Positions 23,904 through 39,683 of a stretch of DNA of 64,000 nt are shown here, in pieces. Position numbers and translations under genes: made by a program. The notes under the pieces were generated by a model. That model worked only from the letters and a program-made list of their open reading frames with translations, did no database searches and was not told the origin of the DNA. The stretch spans positions 154,008,001-154,072,000 of the forward strand of contig OZ024740.1 in assembly GCA_964016885.1 (NCBI GenBank), read 5' to 3'. Position 1 is the first letter of the stretch. Each line of letters opens with the position of its first letter. This DNA is from Eledone cirrhosa. Lineage: Eukaryota.

Positions 23904-26900
23904 GTTCGCTGAACGTATTAAAACGACAATGTTTAATAAAAAAAAAAAAAAAAAATTAAATATTACGTGTTATTGACGAAATAGGGGATGAATATTTACG
24001 ACGGATAAAAACCCCAACATTTTGGCAAATCAACGCCTGTTTATATGCCTTAGCAACGACAGTGAAGCATTATCTTGGTGATAGCAGAGATATTAACGAG
24101 AACAGAACACCACCAAAAATACCATCATATATAACTAAAATAGTAAAAAAGATTGCTGACCTACGAAAAAACATAGGATATGTGACAATGCTCCTTACAT
24201 GCAAACAAACACAAAAAAACCTCACTCCTCACCAACAAAGAGTGAAAAATAAAATAGAGACGATGTTTGGTAACAGTAGAACCAGAGCTCTCCAATATAA
24301 GCTGATCACCCTCAAACAAGAATTGAGAGCTGTTAGCGAAAACCGCCGATACCTGAAGAAGGTAGATGAGAGAAAAATGCTGAATAAAAGATTCAGACGA
24401 AACCAAACATCAGTCTATAGAGATATGAAGGGCAAAATAATAAGTGTCACTGAGGCCCCATCCCAGAAAGACATAGATTCCTTTTGGAGCAAAATATGGG
24501 GTGAAAAGAAGAATTTCAACCAAGATGCAGTGTGACTAAGAGAAATCCGAAAGAATTATTGCTCCTACACTACAACAAAAACAAACAAAATAAGAGACTA
24601 TGATAGGAAAACTCCAAGATAAGAAAACACCAGGAAGAGACATGATTGTTGGCTACTGGTAAAAAAAACTGATATTCTATCGGAGGTATCTTAACCACAC
24701 TTATACCAGAATAGTTGACATTAGCACAAACATTACTGGTCCCCAAGAACAAAGACACCCACTTGGCAAAAAAACTACCGACCCATTGCATGCCAGAACC
24801 TGTTGTATAAGATGTATACAGCCTGCCTGAACCTATTCCTCCAAGGTCACTGTGAAAATAATAACATCATCACAGATGAACAAGCAGCTGGAAAAAAAAG
24901 GGGGGGGGGGGTAGGGGATGTGCTGAACAACTCCTAATCAACAAAACTGCGATGTCGGAGGTGCGACAACTTAGGTGGAATATGGCTACAGTCTGTCTGG
25001 ACTACAGGAAAGCTTTCGATTCTGTTCTCCACTCTTGGATGATATAGGCCCTCCGACTTGCTAAAGTCTCAGACATTATTGTCAGAGCCATAGAGAGACT
25101 GTCTTCTCCTTGGGCTACTATCCTAAGGTTAAAGACAGAGAGGGAGGACTCTATTTTCACTGATAAAATAAAATATTGCAGGGGTATATTTCAGGGGGAC
25201 AGTCTCTCTGTGATATTATTCATCTTGTCATTAAACCCCTTGTCCTTTCTGCTCAAGAAATGTGAGGGATACATCATTGGCTCACAGGAGGACAGAAATA
25301 CGAACCTAACCCATAATTTCTTTGTGGAAGATCTGAAACTCTATGCCAAGAACATGGATGGGATGAAGAAAAATCTTGACCTGGTTACAACGTTCTCAAA
25401 GGATATAGGAATGGAGTTTGGCCAAGATAAATGCTCATACATGACTGTAAAGTGGGGGGGAAAAACAACCCAATCTAGAACATTGTCATCAATGGCCTAA
25501 CTGTTTCACCGATATCTGATGGGGAATGCTACAGATACCTGGGGATAGTTGAGAACATATCCTATAATGGTATCTGTAATAAAGAACGCGTAACCAGGGA
25601 ATACTACACCCGATTAAGAAAGATCTGGTCATCGGAACTCTCTGCGCAAAACAAAACAGTGGCTCACAATGTGTTTGCTGTGCCTGTCCTAACACCAATG
25701 TTTGGAATACTCAATTGGACGATAGACGAAATCCGAGCAGTTGATGTTGGAACTAAAAAAATACTGAACAACACCGGAAACTTCCACATCAACAGTGACA
25801 TAGACCGCTTTACTTGGAACGTAAGCAGGGAGGCAGAGGCCTAACATCAGTCCAGACAACATTTGAATGTCGCATCATATCTCTCCGACAACATATACTA
25901 ACCTCGAAGCGTAGGAGCCCGTTTCTCGAGCAAGTCTATTTGCATGAAATAGATAAGATCATGAGAGTTGGGAAGGAACTTCTCGAGAGATATTCCCTGT
26001 GTGATAATCAAAAACTCACACCCAGGGATGTCGCTCAGCAGTATCGCAGTGAATCCATGAATGAAAAACTGCATGCTTATCAGCAAAAAAATCATGCATG
26101 GATATGTTGCCAGGAAGCTCCAGAGTGAGAGTAATATAGATAAGGAAAGTAGTCTATCTTGGACCAACAACCGCTATATTGGCTCCCACTTTGAAGTATA
26201 CGCTCTTGCAATCCAAGAACAGGAGATTAACACGAAATACCTGATTCAGAAAAGAGATAGGGATGCTGGCAAAACACCTAGATGTGATAACAAGTGCAGA
26301 CTCTGCAGAACTAACATCGAGGATATCACCCATGTCATCAGCAGCTCTCCAAAGATGTCATCGCGCTACTATCTACCTATGAGGCATGATGTAGTGGCCA
26401 AAACACTGTACAATGCAGTTCTTAAAGAAGATAGCCCCGATAATAAACACATTAAAAGCTACAGCAATGTGGAAGACATCTATATATATAATATGAAAGA
26501 GTACTGGTGGAATGTTCCAGTAAAAATCCCAATAAAATGCAGGCATAACAGACCAGATATTATGATATGGGACAAGGAGAAGAAAGCATGCACAGTAGTG
26601 GAAATTAGCTGCCCAGCAGATGCCAATATCAAAGATTAGTGAAAAGGAAAATATTTATGCAGAACTGATGAGAAATCTGCAGATACTCCACCCTGATTAC
26701 ACCTTCAGATTTATGCCTGTGATTATTGGGGCACTGGGGTATGTTAGTAACTGCCTCAATACAAATCTTGAGAAGCTAGGCTTCACAGGAACAGAAAGAA
26801 CACAACTAGTTAGGAAATTACAAGTACAATCCATTAATGGAACAGTAAAAATATGTAAAACATTCCAAAAATTTTGCATCAAATAACTGCAGATACACAT

Positions 26901-27107
26901 GTACAGATGCAAAGCATATACACATGCACACATACAACTCAAAACATCCGCATCCACACATACAATAACATCCATATCTACACATGCATGCATACGTATC
27001 TACCTAGTTGATGTTGTGTACATTCCAATGAGAGAGTCTTGTGTCTATGTTAGAATCCGACTCTCTCTCTATTGGTAAAACTTTGTGAAATTATAAAACC
27101 AGAAGAA
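23904..27107 (+). mobile_element. R4-clade RT+REL retrotransposon (family distinct from Dong-A), 5'-truncated and decayed
   Basis: LDYRKAFDSV, GIFQGDSLS, FVEDLKLY, CRLCRTNIEDITHVIS, RHDVVAK, RPDIMIWD..VVEISCP and IIGALG. Flanked by (CATA)n at 23827-23903 and 27108-27175. Confidence 0.88.
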
Positions 27108-27199
27108 CATACATACATACATACATACATACATACATACATACATACATACATACATACATACATACATACATAGGCAAGTACAGTTACTTGAAGCGA

Positions 27200-27430
27200 T
27201 GGACTATTCCACAAATCACGACCCACCCACAAGAGTTTTATACAGGACCTTCCTCAGTATCCTGTTATGGCAGAAATGATTCTCCACTCTCACCCCTAAC
27301 AAAGAAATCAAAATTGCCGTTACATATATCAATTCAGAAAAGGCTCCAGAAATAGATGGTATAATACCTGGGACTATTAAGCATACTGGTGATGTAATAG
27401 TTGAGTTTCAGACAACACTCTATTCCCAAG
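27200..27430 (+). mobile_element. Ancient RTE-like RT relic
   Basis: Translates as EIKIAVTYINSEKAPEIDGIIP..IK, resembling the KAPGxDGI RT motif. Confidence 0.35.
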
Positions 27431-28727
27431 ATTGATATCGTTACTTAAATTAAATCAAACTATTTGTAAGGTATTCATCAGTCTGTTGTCGAATCGTTTG
27501 CAAACCTAGTTATGTCCCAACGTTGCCCAGTCTCTATGTGGACTGGTACTTTTCTTTATCGAGGTCGAAAAAAGTTGACATAAGCGGAATTTGAACTCAG
27601 AGAACGTAAATAGCCGGAATGCATACCGCAAAGCATTCTATCCCACTTCCTATGATATTTCCAATTCGCCTTACATATGCTAATAACACTGATTCAGAAC
27701 ACACCTGAAGAGTTAGAAATACTTGCGTCTCACGAAACTACAGTTGATGCATTAAGAAGTTAATTTGTGTTCTGGTTTCAGTCATTAGACAACGGTCATG
27801 CTGGGATATCATTTTGAAGAGATTTAATCTGGTACATATTTTATCAATCTATATTGTCGAACCGTTGTGTTACTTAGCAGACCATGAATAAAAATATTTT
27901 CAACTTATGCATTTATTATTCTTTACATTTGTTTATAACAGCACCAATTAAATTTCTCAAGTACTCTACTACATGTACCGAGTTCTTTGAATATTAAACG
28001 TTTGGTGTCATCTATAAATTTATATCTTAAGAATTCTAGCATTAACTTTAATGCATATAGATATATATGTAAATAGATAGAAAAATAGATGGATACAATT
28101 GTGTATGTTTATATGTATTGTGAAGAAACGTGAAATTGTGGTTAGAAAGTCGAACCCGCGGCCATAAGCTCTTCCCATTGTTCCTTGCCAGTAGTTGCGA
28201 TTGACGGATAGTATCAGCAATGGAAAAACGAATGAAAACATCGTTTCTTTTGTCCGATCGGACGATCAACTCTTTTCCTATGCTTATATGTATGTGAGGG
28301 TATGTGTATTCATTATATGTATATTCATGTATACATGGGAGTATGTATGTACCAATGTATGTATGTGTTTATCCGTACGTGCTTTTTTGTGTGGCTGTTC
28401 ATGTCTTTATGAGCTGTAAAATAGGAGAACTGTATCTATTTCTTTTCTCCTTACTACTGACACACTCATGCGTCATCGTCGCCTCACCATCTCCTGTATC
28501 ATCAACACAACTATTACCATCAAAATCAATTGACGATGAAAGGTTCTAAATAAGCGGTTTGTTTTTGTTTGGAGCCCCACCACAGATTTGTCTGCTTCTC
28601 AGCCATGCTATCCGGCGTCATCAAGATATAGTTTTGTTGAAGTAATTGCCATTTAATCGTTCAAAAATCTTTATGGTGTGGATGTTGTTGTTGTTACTAC
28701 TGCTGCTGCTGCTGCTGCTGCTGTTAT

Positions 28728-29025
28728 GAAGGCACGTGGTTTAGTGGTTAAGGCGTTCGTCTCACGATCTATCGTTAGGTCATGAGTTTATGTTAGATTT
28801 CTGGCGTCGGTTTGTTCAAGACACTTTATCCGTGTTGCTCCAGTCAATGCAGTTGGCATAAATGAGATGTACACGTAAATGAAAAGGCCCGCCTTATTAC
28901 ACACAGAGTGACGCTGAATCTTCCTGAAAAGTTAAGAGTGCCTGTGTCTGTAGAATACTCAGTCACTTGCACGGCAATTTCATGAGCAGGCTGTCCCGTT
29001 CTTCGAACAAAAGGAACAATTGTCA
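28728..29025 (+). mobile_element. Second tRNA-derived SINE family
   Basis: GGCACGTGGTTTAGTGGTTAAGG A-box head and CAAGACACTTTAT core. Related copies at ~59195-59325 (-) and ~45615-45700 (-). Confidence 0.6.
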
Positions 29026-29239
29026 TTAGAATCCACAGAAGTACAACAACAAAAGCAAATATTGCTGTCTTTGTTGTTGCTATTGTTGTTATTCCTCAAC
29101 GAGGTCTAATTTAGCTGACGTATTGATCAAAGTTGACTCCCTTGATGGAAGATAATATTAGAGAAAAGCAATGAAAAATGACATGATACTGAATGAAAAC
29201 AAAAGCAATATATACAAACAAAAGCAATATATACAAACA

Positions 29240-29576
29240 CACACACACTGACCATAACTAAATATGGAATGATACGCGATGGGGCCCCGCCACAGCACCG
29301 GCGGTCAGAATGGAGAAGGCGTTTCCCCGGAGGACAGCAAGGAAGACGCGTTGGAAAAGCCACTCCAACTCGCGAGGCTCACACCTGTGGCTGGCCAGCT
29401 CAACTCCTATGGTAGTGAGAAGGGAGGTAGCCCTAGAGCCAAGAACACCAGAAGTCTCCACTGCCAGGGGTACAACCGCAAACCTGTCGTTTAGCCTCCT
29501 CAGCCCGACGTGCAGCAGAACCCGGGTTAATCGCAGACTGCACCAGGTTGCGGCTGCAGAAAGTGCAAGAGAAGGA
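29240..29576 (-). mobile_element. 3' end of a CRE-clade non-LTR retrotransposon
   Basis: SAINPGSAARRAEEAKR...VETSGVLG...WLFQRVFLAVLRGNAFSIL is the typical CRE REL C-terminus (FQRxSxAVQRGNA). Confidence 0.75.
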
Positions 29577-31270
29577 CAACCCCATCGAAAGCCTTAGACT
29601 GATCCAAGTTGATCAGGGCCCCACCGAAGCCGGGTTTACACCCTACCCTCTCTCTGATGTATCGCATGAGGTGGAGGTTGTTGTGTATGGACCTGGTCGG
29701 GATTGCGCATGTCTGTGCTTCTCCCACCAGGTTTTCGACGACAAGCGCCAGCCTCTTTGCCAACACCTTGGTCCAAATCTGTAAGTTTGTGTTTAGCAGA
29801 GTTATGGGCCGAAAGTTGCCTATGCCATCCCCCTTATTCTCGTCCTTCCTGACTAACGTGACTACGCCCTTGGTCACAGAACTGGGAATTAATTCTCCCG
29901 TTCTGCTGCCAGTTGCAGTAGACTGCTTCCAGGAGACCGGAGAACAAGTCCGGCATTGCTACGTAAAATTCGTAGGGTAGACCGTCGAGACCTGGAGATT
30001 TGCGTTTGCCGCATTGGCTCAGCGCGTCCCCTCTCTCAGCGGCCGAAATCGGCCTTTCGCAGAACTTCGCCTCGCTGTCCGAGAGTCGCGGTAGGCCGTC
30101 GAGGTATGGACCGAAATCCATAGCGCCGCCCTGCCCGAACAGATGAGCAAAGTGCCGCTGAAAGGCCGCGCACATCTGCTTCGGCTCACGTATCACGCGT
30201 CCGTCTTGGTCCTTCAAAGACCGAATCGTGGACTTGTTGCCACTTTTCGCCTCCGTCACTCGGGCCCAGCTAACAGCTTTGGCGCCCTCGTTTCCCAGAG
30301 CACGTGTTTGCTTCTGACAACGCAGCCCTCATGCTTTGCATCGAAGAACTGGTCCAAGGCCGTTCTCGTCGCTAACATGCTGGCTATGTTGCCACTCCTA
30401 AGTGCCTCTTCTACTTTATCTACCAGTTCCCTTTCGGTCTTATTTCTATCTAACACCAATTCTTTACTAAAACCTATCGAGTCTAATGTAACTACTCTCT
30501 TGAGAGAGTACCGCGGTCTGTTGTTGCCAATGGCCCCCGTCAAGTGCTGCTTAACTAAGGTGCTAATCCGTCTACTGTAGGCTTTGCATGTCGGTAACGA
30601 CAAGTTCAGCTTCCAGTAGCCGGGTCCCTGTCTATGGGTTTTCTCAAGGTTGACTAAGCAGGTCACTAGTTTGTGATCTGAATAGGTAACCATGAACGTT
30701 TGTGGACAGCTTAACATGTCCCTATCTTCTTTCTAACTAGAACCCTATCTAGGTACGATCTAGATGTTCCGCTACGATTAGTCCACGTCCACAGTGGATT
30801 AACTGTTTGAGGCTGTTACACCCACCTTTATCGGGACATGCTCCCACATAGTCCCAACGTGCATCTAGAATTCCATTCTAGTCCCCCACTAAAGCAAGGA
30901 GAGGGACGTTCCCAGAAAAGACTCTAGACGTTTGAAGAAGTCTGGCCGCGGGGTCCCGGATGGGGCATATGCGGCTACCAGCCTAAAGGCTCCACATTCA
31001 CTACCGTCAACGTCTAGGACCACCAGTCGACCCTCCGGGTCCAGATGTACCGTCTGTGTTACGAGGTCCAGGTGTTTCCACAGCAAAACGGCAACCCCGC
31101 CCCCACCTCCCGGCTGACAGAGAGAAGCGTAGATCTCAAAGTCGTCGAAGATGGGGTCCAGTTGTCGCTCGCTGTGGATCCTGGACTCGCAAATGGCTAC
31201 TACATCCATACTGTGCGACCTGAGATCGTATAAGAGTTTGCACTGTTTCCAGGGCATCCCCAGGCCGCGT
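29577..31270 (-). mobile_element. Tx1-like family B fragment (B0): APE plus the start of RT
   Basis: Closely similar to 35973-37706. The truncated 5' end abuts (ATCT)n on its sense strand (31271-31323). The 3' part is replaced by CRE sequence. Confidence 0.9.
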
Positions 31271-31323
<53 letters not shown>

Positions 31324-32464
31324 GTGAGATTTCAGGGGCAGTAGTACACTTTTCCTCCTGTTATCCAGTCAGCCTCCTTACCAAACTAAAGGCAGTTTGA
31401 AGCCAACCAGTGATGTTTTTGTTTATTATTTGCATTAGTTACTACACTGGGGAAGGGGTCGATTTAATCGAATTTTTATTCCCATCAAAATTGTTAGCCT
31501 TTGTGCCTAAATCAGAAATCCTTAGCTTTACCTACTCCAATATTCTCCCAAAGATTAATGCCAGAACACAAGAGCCCTGGCATTAAATTGTCTAGCATGG
31601 TAATCTCTAATGGAAGATCTACACATGGACACCCCTCATGCTTCATAGGACCCACTATTTCCCTTATAATTTAAGCCTCACTATTCATATGCCCAATCCA
31701 TATTGTCTTTTCAAAGCACCGACAACCTGACATCTGGGCCTTTTGATTTTATCAAGTCAGGCCATGCCTTAAGGCCAGGATGTTACTTAGTTATTGTAAA
31801 AATTGCTTGGAGACACGAGCGTTTCCTTCAAATCCAGCTACACTTCTCAGAAATCAGGCTCGTGGCTTCCGTTTTTCTACACTCGCATGCGCGTGGGCAT
31901 TTATACATACACATACATACATGTTTACATACATATACGCACACATACACACGTGAGTGTGTATACATATGAGAGAAAGATTTTTATATACATTATTTGA
32001 ACATGCACATAAACAGACACCATATACGTGTGCTGATGAGTGTGTGTATGAGTATATGTGCCTTATGTATGTGTATGTTTGGCTGCGTTTATGTGATGTC
32101 ATAAATATGTGTTTTGTGCCTGTGTAACAATGTGTGTGTACGTGTATGTACCCGTGTGTGTGTGTGTGTGGGGGGGGTGTTTATGTAAATGGGACACAGG
32201 AAACGATGGTAATAGCGAAAGAGGAATACAAACGGGCAAAGAGACAGAGAAACATAACTACAGACAGAAAGTGAGAGAAACTAGTTTATAGCAAGCTTGT
32301 GTATATATTTCCATATATATGATAATCCTATTATAATGAGGATAGTTGAGCCATTTTATCTCTGCACAATTTGTCATTTTGTCTATCAATCTGTCTGTCG
32401 GTTCGTTTTCCTAACTGTCTTCCATCATCCTTCCTAGCTTATTTCCCATTCTTTCTTATTTTCG

Positions 32465-33420
<956 letters not shown>

Positions 33421-33665
33421 TTTATTATATGTATGTAATAAAAGGGTCTCAATGGAACATGCACTCATATTTATGGCCTCATGTGATACATGGAACCTTG
33501 TTTACATATTTACCCAACACAGATTATAGTAAACATAACATGGATTTAAGGCAAATATATTTACGAAAAAAATATTATAGGAAAGTACTTCTGAAGACGT
33601 TTATATTAGAAGAAATAAATTTCGATGCGAATAACAATTACACCTAACTAGCATAATTTATATAT

Positions 33666-33750
<85 letters not shown>

Positions 33751-33751
33751 A

Positions 33752-33802
<51 letters not shown>

Positions 33803-33814
33803 ATATATATATAT

Positions 33815-36800
33815 CTCTCTACCAGACGGGTGTAACTTCGCGGAGAAGTTTCCGTTATTTTATGTAAGAAAAAAACGTGACTTTTCAGTTAAATGTTATA
33901 TTATTGTGTAAATTGACCCCCCGTCTGGACCTTCAGGTGGTGGGTCAACTCATGGTCGCCCCTACAGGGACGAAATATTCGTTTGAAAAATTTTTTCTCC
34001 ATCGAATTTTGGTAAAAATATCGTAAGAAGTTTGATTACGTTATGAACGCTGCGTTCAACGATAATGGTGGTGGAGAGTCCGTAAGAATACATAGCTCGC
34101 AGTCAATATCGTCTTCTTCCCTAGATACTATGGAGATGGAAAGACGAAATGAAATTGTAAAAACAAATTCATACTCAAACAACACAAATGACACCAAACA
34201 GTTCAATGACAACAAAAATAACAACAATAACACCAATAATGATGATAAAAACAACAATGACAACAACAAAGAAAAAAATAAAGACAACACCAATAACACC
34301 AGCATCAAAGACAACAACACCAACACCAACACCAAGCAAAATACGAATAATATCAACATCAGTGACAACAAGAATAACAACAAGAATAACAACAATAATG
34401 ACAACACCACCAACATGGATAATTCTACAAAGAAACCAAAATCTCCTTTGCACAGACAGTTCAGAAAAAGGAGGAACTGACATATCTCGAATAACAAATG
34501 CCGAACAACTTTTAAAGGACGCTAGGAGATATGTCACTTTCGAAAAAAATGGTGCTTTCAGCATCAATTCTCCGATAGTTTTTAGGACAGTTTCCAATTC
34601 TACCCGAAAACCAGTCCAATTGTGACAGAAAAAAATTAAACTGGTTTTCAAAAATTCAATGAATGATATTTCATTCATTCAAAGAAGCAAACTTTTGGGG
34701 AGTATTTCGGTACTCATGAAGGATCAATTGACGGCCCAAAATTACTATGTGTCGCCAATTGTATGCAACCTGTACACCTTTTTCCCTACATACATGAGAA
34801 AAAGGACACAAAAGATTAAAATCACGAGTGTCACACCAAACGTGAACATATGGTGGATACTGTGCGGCTTCATCAATTTTGATGAAGACAGAGTACTGTC
34901 AGTAGGAAAGTCCCCCAGAGATGTATTCAATGAGACTAGCGTTAAAGTTCTGGTGCAAATGAGCCCAGAGCGAATAGCTATGATCCCATAACGTGTACTC
35001 CTGGACGGACTCACTTACATAAACTTTTCGGTTGAGGGTAGGCAGCCTTCATGTTACCATTTCTTTAGCAGGAGTCACCTGAGGGCTTCCTGTCCTAAAT
35101 TAATGAGTTAAAAAAAGGCTCTTCTGTCGACACCCATCAAAACAACACAACCACCAACACCACCACAACAACAACAACACCAACACACAAAAATAACCAC
35201 AACAAACACAGTTCCACCCAACCCCACTCCACCTAAAACCACTGCAAAATCACATACAGACACAACAGCTCCCCAAGACATACCCCTCCCCAATCACACA
35301 GACGATACAACAGATGAGGCTATCTCGCCATCACCCAGTGAAGACGAGCGAGAACCCCATCGCTCGAAAAGAAAGAAAAGACATCACAAAAGCAAAAAAA
35401 ACAGCAAACACTACCACAAACATACAACCACCAACACAAACAACAAAAATAATCACAAACAAAATCCCCACCTCCTGAAAACAAAATACCTACAACAAAA
35501 CGAAAGCACACGCACGAACTACAGACAAAAACAAACACAACACAAGAAAATTACACTTAGACTTACATAAACACTGAAAACAAAACACTAATGGAGACCA
35601 TCAGGAACAACCCTTCGGTGGAAACCGAAGGGAAAACTTTCGCCCACTCTATTAAAATTAACAAAAAACTGAACCTAAAACTGATTAGGGTCCCTATACA
35701 AACTTATAGGTCCCTAAAAGAAACATTTGAAAAGGATGTGGGGAATTCCTGCGTGAAACCACTTAACCGCGTCCTTCTCAAATGTCTCCCCACCCCACCA
35801 AACATCTCCGTCCCCACCCCGCCGGAAACCACCACCCACCCAGACAACCCCTCCAACACCCCCATGGAAATCGTGCAGACTGGTCCCCAGGAGACGAAGG
35901 GTGAGTGATCTCTTTTCCTCTTTTAACTTTTCAGCACCAACATGGCCAATATAAGAGTTGGATGTGTGAACGTACGTGGCCTGGGGATGCCCTGGAAACA
36001 GGGCAAACTCTTAAACGACCTCAGGTCGCACAGTATGGATGTGGTAGCCATTTGCGAGTCCAGGATCCACAGCGAGCGACAGCTGGCCCCCATCTTCGAT
36101 GACTTTGAGATCTACGCATCTCTCTGTAAACCGGGGGTGGGGCGGAGTTGCCGTTTTGCTGCGGAAACACCTGGGCCTCGTAACACAGACGATACATCTG
36201 GACCCGCAGGGTCGAGTGGTGGTCCTAGACGTTGACGGTAGTGAATGTGGAGCCTTCAGGCTGGTGGCCGCATATGCCCCATCCGGGACACCGCGGCCAG
36301 ACTTCTTCAAACGTCTAGAGACTTTTCTGGGAACGTCCCGTTCCTTGCTTTTAATGGGGGACGGGAATGGAATCCCAGATGCACGTTGGGACTATGTGGG
36401 AGCATGTCCCGATAAAGGTGGGTGTAACAGCCTCAAACAGTTAATCGGCCGATTGGACCTGGCCGATAGATATCGACTAGATTTTCCGACTGTGCCACTG
36501 TGGACGTGGACTAATCTCAGCGGAACATCTAGATCGTACCCAGAAATAAGGATAGGGACATGTTAAACTGTCCACAAATGTTCATGGTTGCCTATTCAGA
36601 TCACAAACTAGTGACCTGCATAGCCAACCTTGATAGAACCCATAGACAAGGACCCGGTTACTGGAAGCTGAACTGTCGTTAATGACAAGCAAAGACTACA
36701 GTAGACGGATTAGCACTTTAGTTAAACAGCACTTGACAGGGGCCATTGTCAACAACATATGGTGGTACTCTCTCAAGAGGGTAGTTAGATTAGATTCGTT

Positions 36801-39597
36801 AGTTTTTAGTTAAGAATTAGCGTTAGATAGAAATAGAACCGAGAAGGAACTGGTAGATAAAGTAGAAGAGGCAATTAGAAGTGGCAACGTAGCCAGCGTG
36901 CTAGCGACGAGAACGGCCTTGGACGAGTTCTTCGACGCAAAGCACGAGGGCTGCGTTGTCAGAAGCATAATACGTGCTCTGGGAAACGGGGAGCCAAAGC
37001 TGTTAGCTGGGCCCGAGTGACGGAGGCAAAAAGTGGCAACAAGTCCACGATTCGGTCTTTGAAGGACCAAAACAGACGCGTAATACGTGAGCCGAAGCAG
37101 ATGTGTGCGGCCTTTCAGCGTCACTTTGCTCAACTGTTCGGGCGGGGCGGCGCGCCGGGAGGGGCTATGGATTTCGGTTCATACTTCGACGGCCTACCGC
37201 GACTCTCGGACAGCGAGGCAAAGTTCTGCGAAAAGCCGTATCAGCCGCTGAGATAGGGGACACGCTGGGCCAATGCAGCAAACGCAAATCTCCAGGTCTC
37301 GACGGTCTACCCTACGAATTTTACGTAGGAATGCCGGACTTATTCTCCGGCCTCCTGGAAGCGGTCTACTGCAACTGGCAACAGAACGGGAGAATTCCCA
37401 GTTCTGTAACCGGGGGCGTAGTCACACTAGTCAGGAAGTACGATAATAAGGGGATGGCATAGGCAACTTCCGGCCCATAACTCTGCTAAACACAGAGTTA
37501 CAGATTTTGGCCAAGGTGTTAGCAAAGAGGCTGGCGCTTGTTGTCGAGATCCTGGTAGGAGAAGCGCAGACATGCGCAATCCCGACCAGGTCCATACACG
37601 ACAACCTCCACCTCATGCGATACATCATAGAGAGGGTAAGGTGTAAACCCGGCTTCGGTGGGGTCCTGATCAACTTGGATCAGTCTAAGGCTTTCGATAG
37701 GGTTGACCATCGTTACCTGGATGCGGTGCTCTAGGCGGTAGGCTTCGGACCCGTGTTCAGGGGCTGGATTGCTGCAATGCACAACAGCAACATCTAATCA
37801 AGGGTCAAGGTGAACGGTTACCTCTCGGAGCCGTTCCATATTACGCGATACATTCGACAGGGATGCCCTCTCTTCTCCCTTCTGTACGTACTGACTCTCG
37901 AGCCACTACTGAGGTAGTTGGAGCTATTGCAGGGCATCCCTCTGGAACCGGGACTGCGGAAAGCGGCGTCGGCCCACGCCGACGACGTGACAGTAATGGT
38001 GTCGAGCGCCTCGCAAATCGAGGAAGTCGACACCTTACTGAAGGAATACGAAAGTTTCACAGGAGTGAAGCTGAACCGGGACTAGTCCATCGGTCTGCAA
38101 CTCGGATCGTGGAAAGGCAAACCGATGCCTTCCGATGGCGTCGACGGACGCTTGACGGAAGGACCGGTAAAGCTGCTCGGGGTCTGGTTTGGTCCGGGCC
38201 TCCAGGTGGAGAAGAACTGGAACGAAGTGACAGCCAAGCTGTTTGCACTCACCCAGAAGTGGGCCGAGTGCAAACTATCCTTGAAAGGTCGAGCGGAAGT
38301 GGCGAACACTTTTATAGCGTCCGCCATCTACTACCGCTTGACCGTCGTGCCTTGTCCAGCCAAAACGCTCGCCACAATGGAGCGCGCGCTCTTCCAATTC
38401 CTTTGGAAGAGGCGGGCTCCTTTGGTGAGAAGATCCATCTGCTGCCAACACCCTTCTAACGGAGGGCTGGTGATGCCGTGGTTGACGATGCGCAAACACG
38501 TCCTCAGTCTGCGGCATCTCTACGTATTCCTCACCAGACAACCGGTGTGGTGGGCCCCGTTCGTGAGGCGAGCCTTCCCACGACTCGTCTCGCTGACCGA
38601 GCTGCAGTCCTGGGTCAAGCAAAAACCGAGGAAAATGGGCGACTGGCACATCGAATGTGCTCAGACGCTCACAGCCCTCTGGCAGGCGGACCCGGCGATC
38701 AGTGGAGACTCCACTTCGTCATTCTATAGAGGGTTGATCCGCAGGAACTGCGACGACGCGCTCGGTGAAACTCTAGGCGTAGAGGAACATGAACTGGCCA
38801 GTCTGTTCGGTAGGACCTTCCGCCCGGGACTGCCGGACAACTTCCAAAAGTCCCTGGCCTGGCAGTGCTACCGAGGAGCTCTACCAGTTCGAGACAAGCT
38901 CTACAGACATGGGCGCCCGGGCAGGGACCCTGCAAAAAAGATCTGTCCGAGGTGCGTGTGTAACGAAGAAACCGTCGCGCACGCATTCATACACTGCCCG
39001 GGCGTCACTGACCTGTGGGGCTATGTAGAACGACTATTGTCCCGGGAGGGACCAATCCGGTTGACCACCGAGTCCATTGTCATGATCAAACCGCCACCCT
39101 CCTTCAAAAACGAAGGAGAGGCGGTTTTCCTTTGTGTGATAGCTATGGCGAAAGAGGTTGTATGGTGGACAAGGTTGAAAGGGCTGAGGTCAGACACCTT
39201 TCTCTCCGGCCAACAACTGATTCTTTTTTTCAAATACCACTTTGGAAGAAGAATCAGGATGGAGAGAGAGGTGCTGTACCCCAGCAAGTTTTATGAAAGG
39301 TGGGTGAAACTGGCGAGAATGGCCCGAGTGAATGGGCCTTCTCTCTATATCAGCCTGTAGGTGTAGGAAAAGGAGGAGGAGAGGAAAGGAATACAAACTC
39401 TTCGTACTCCTGGAGATGAGGGTTGCACATTTTTCGGGGGTATGTGTTACCCATATGAACTGTCTCCCCCGATTGGGGAAAATCGTCTAATTTTTTTAAT
39501 TGCATTTGTGATAACATTTTACACGTTTTTATTGTATGTAAACTTCCCCCTTTGTATTTGGCTCCTTCGTTTGTGCCCCTGTGGCTAATAAAGAAAC
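33815..39597 (+). mobile_element. Tx1-like family B copy 1, apparently full length and decayed
   Basis: N-rich ORF1 at ~34043-35908 and ORF2 at 35942-39360 with APE and RT motifs. The 3' end GTGGCTAATAAAGAAAC joins (ATCT)n at 39598-39678, and (ATCT)n/(AT)n lies upstream at 33668-33814. Confidence 0.9.
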
Positions 39598-39598
39598 A

Positions 39599-39678
<80 letters not shown>

Positions 39679-39683
39679 CCTCT

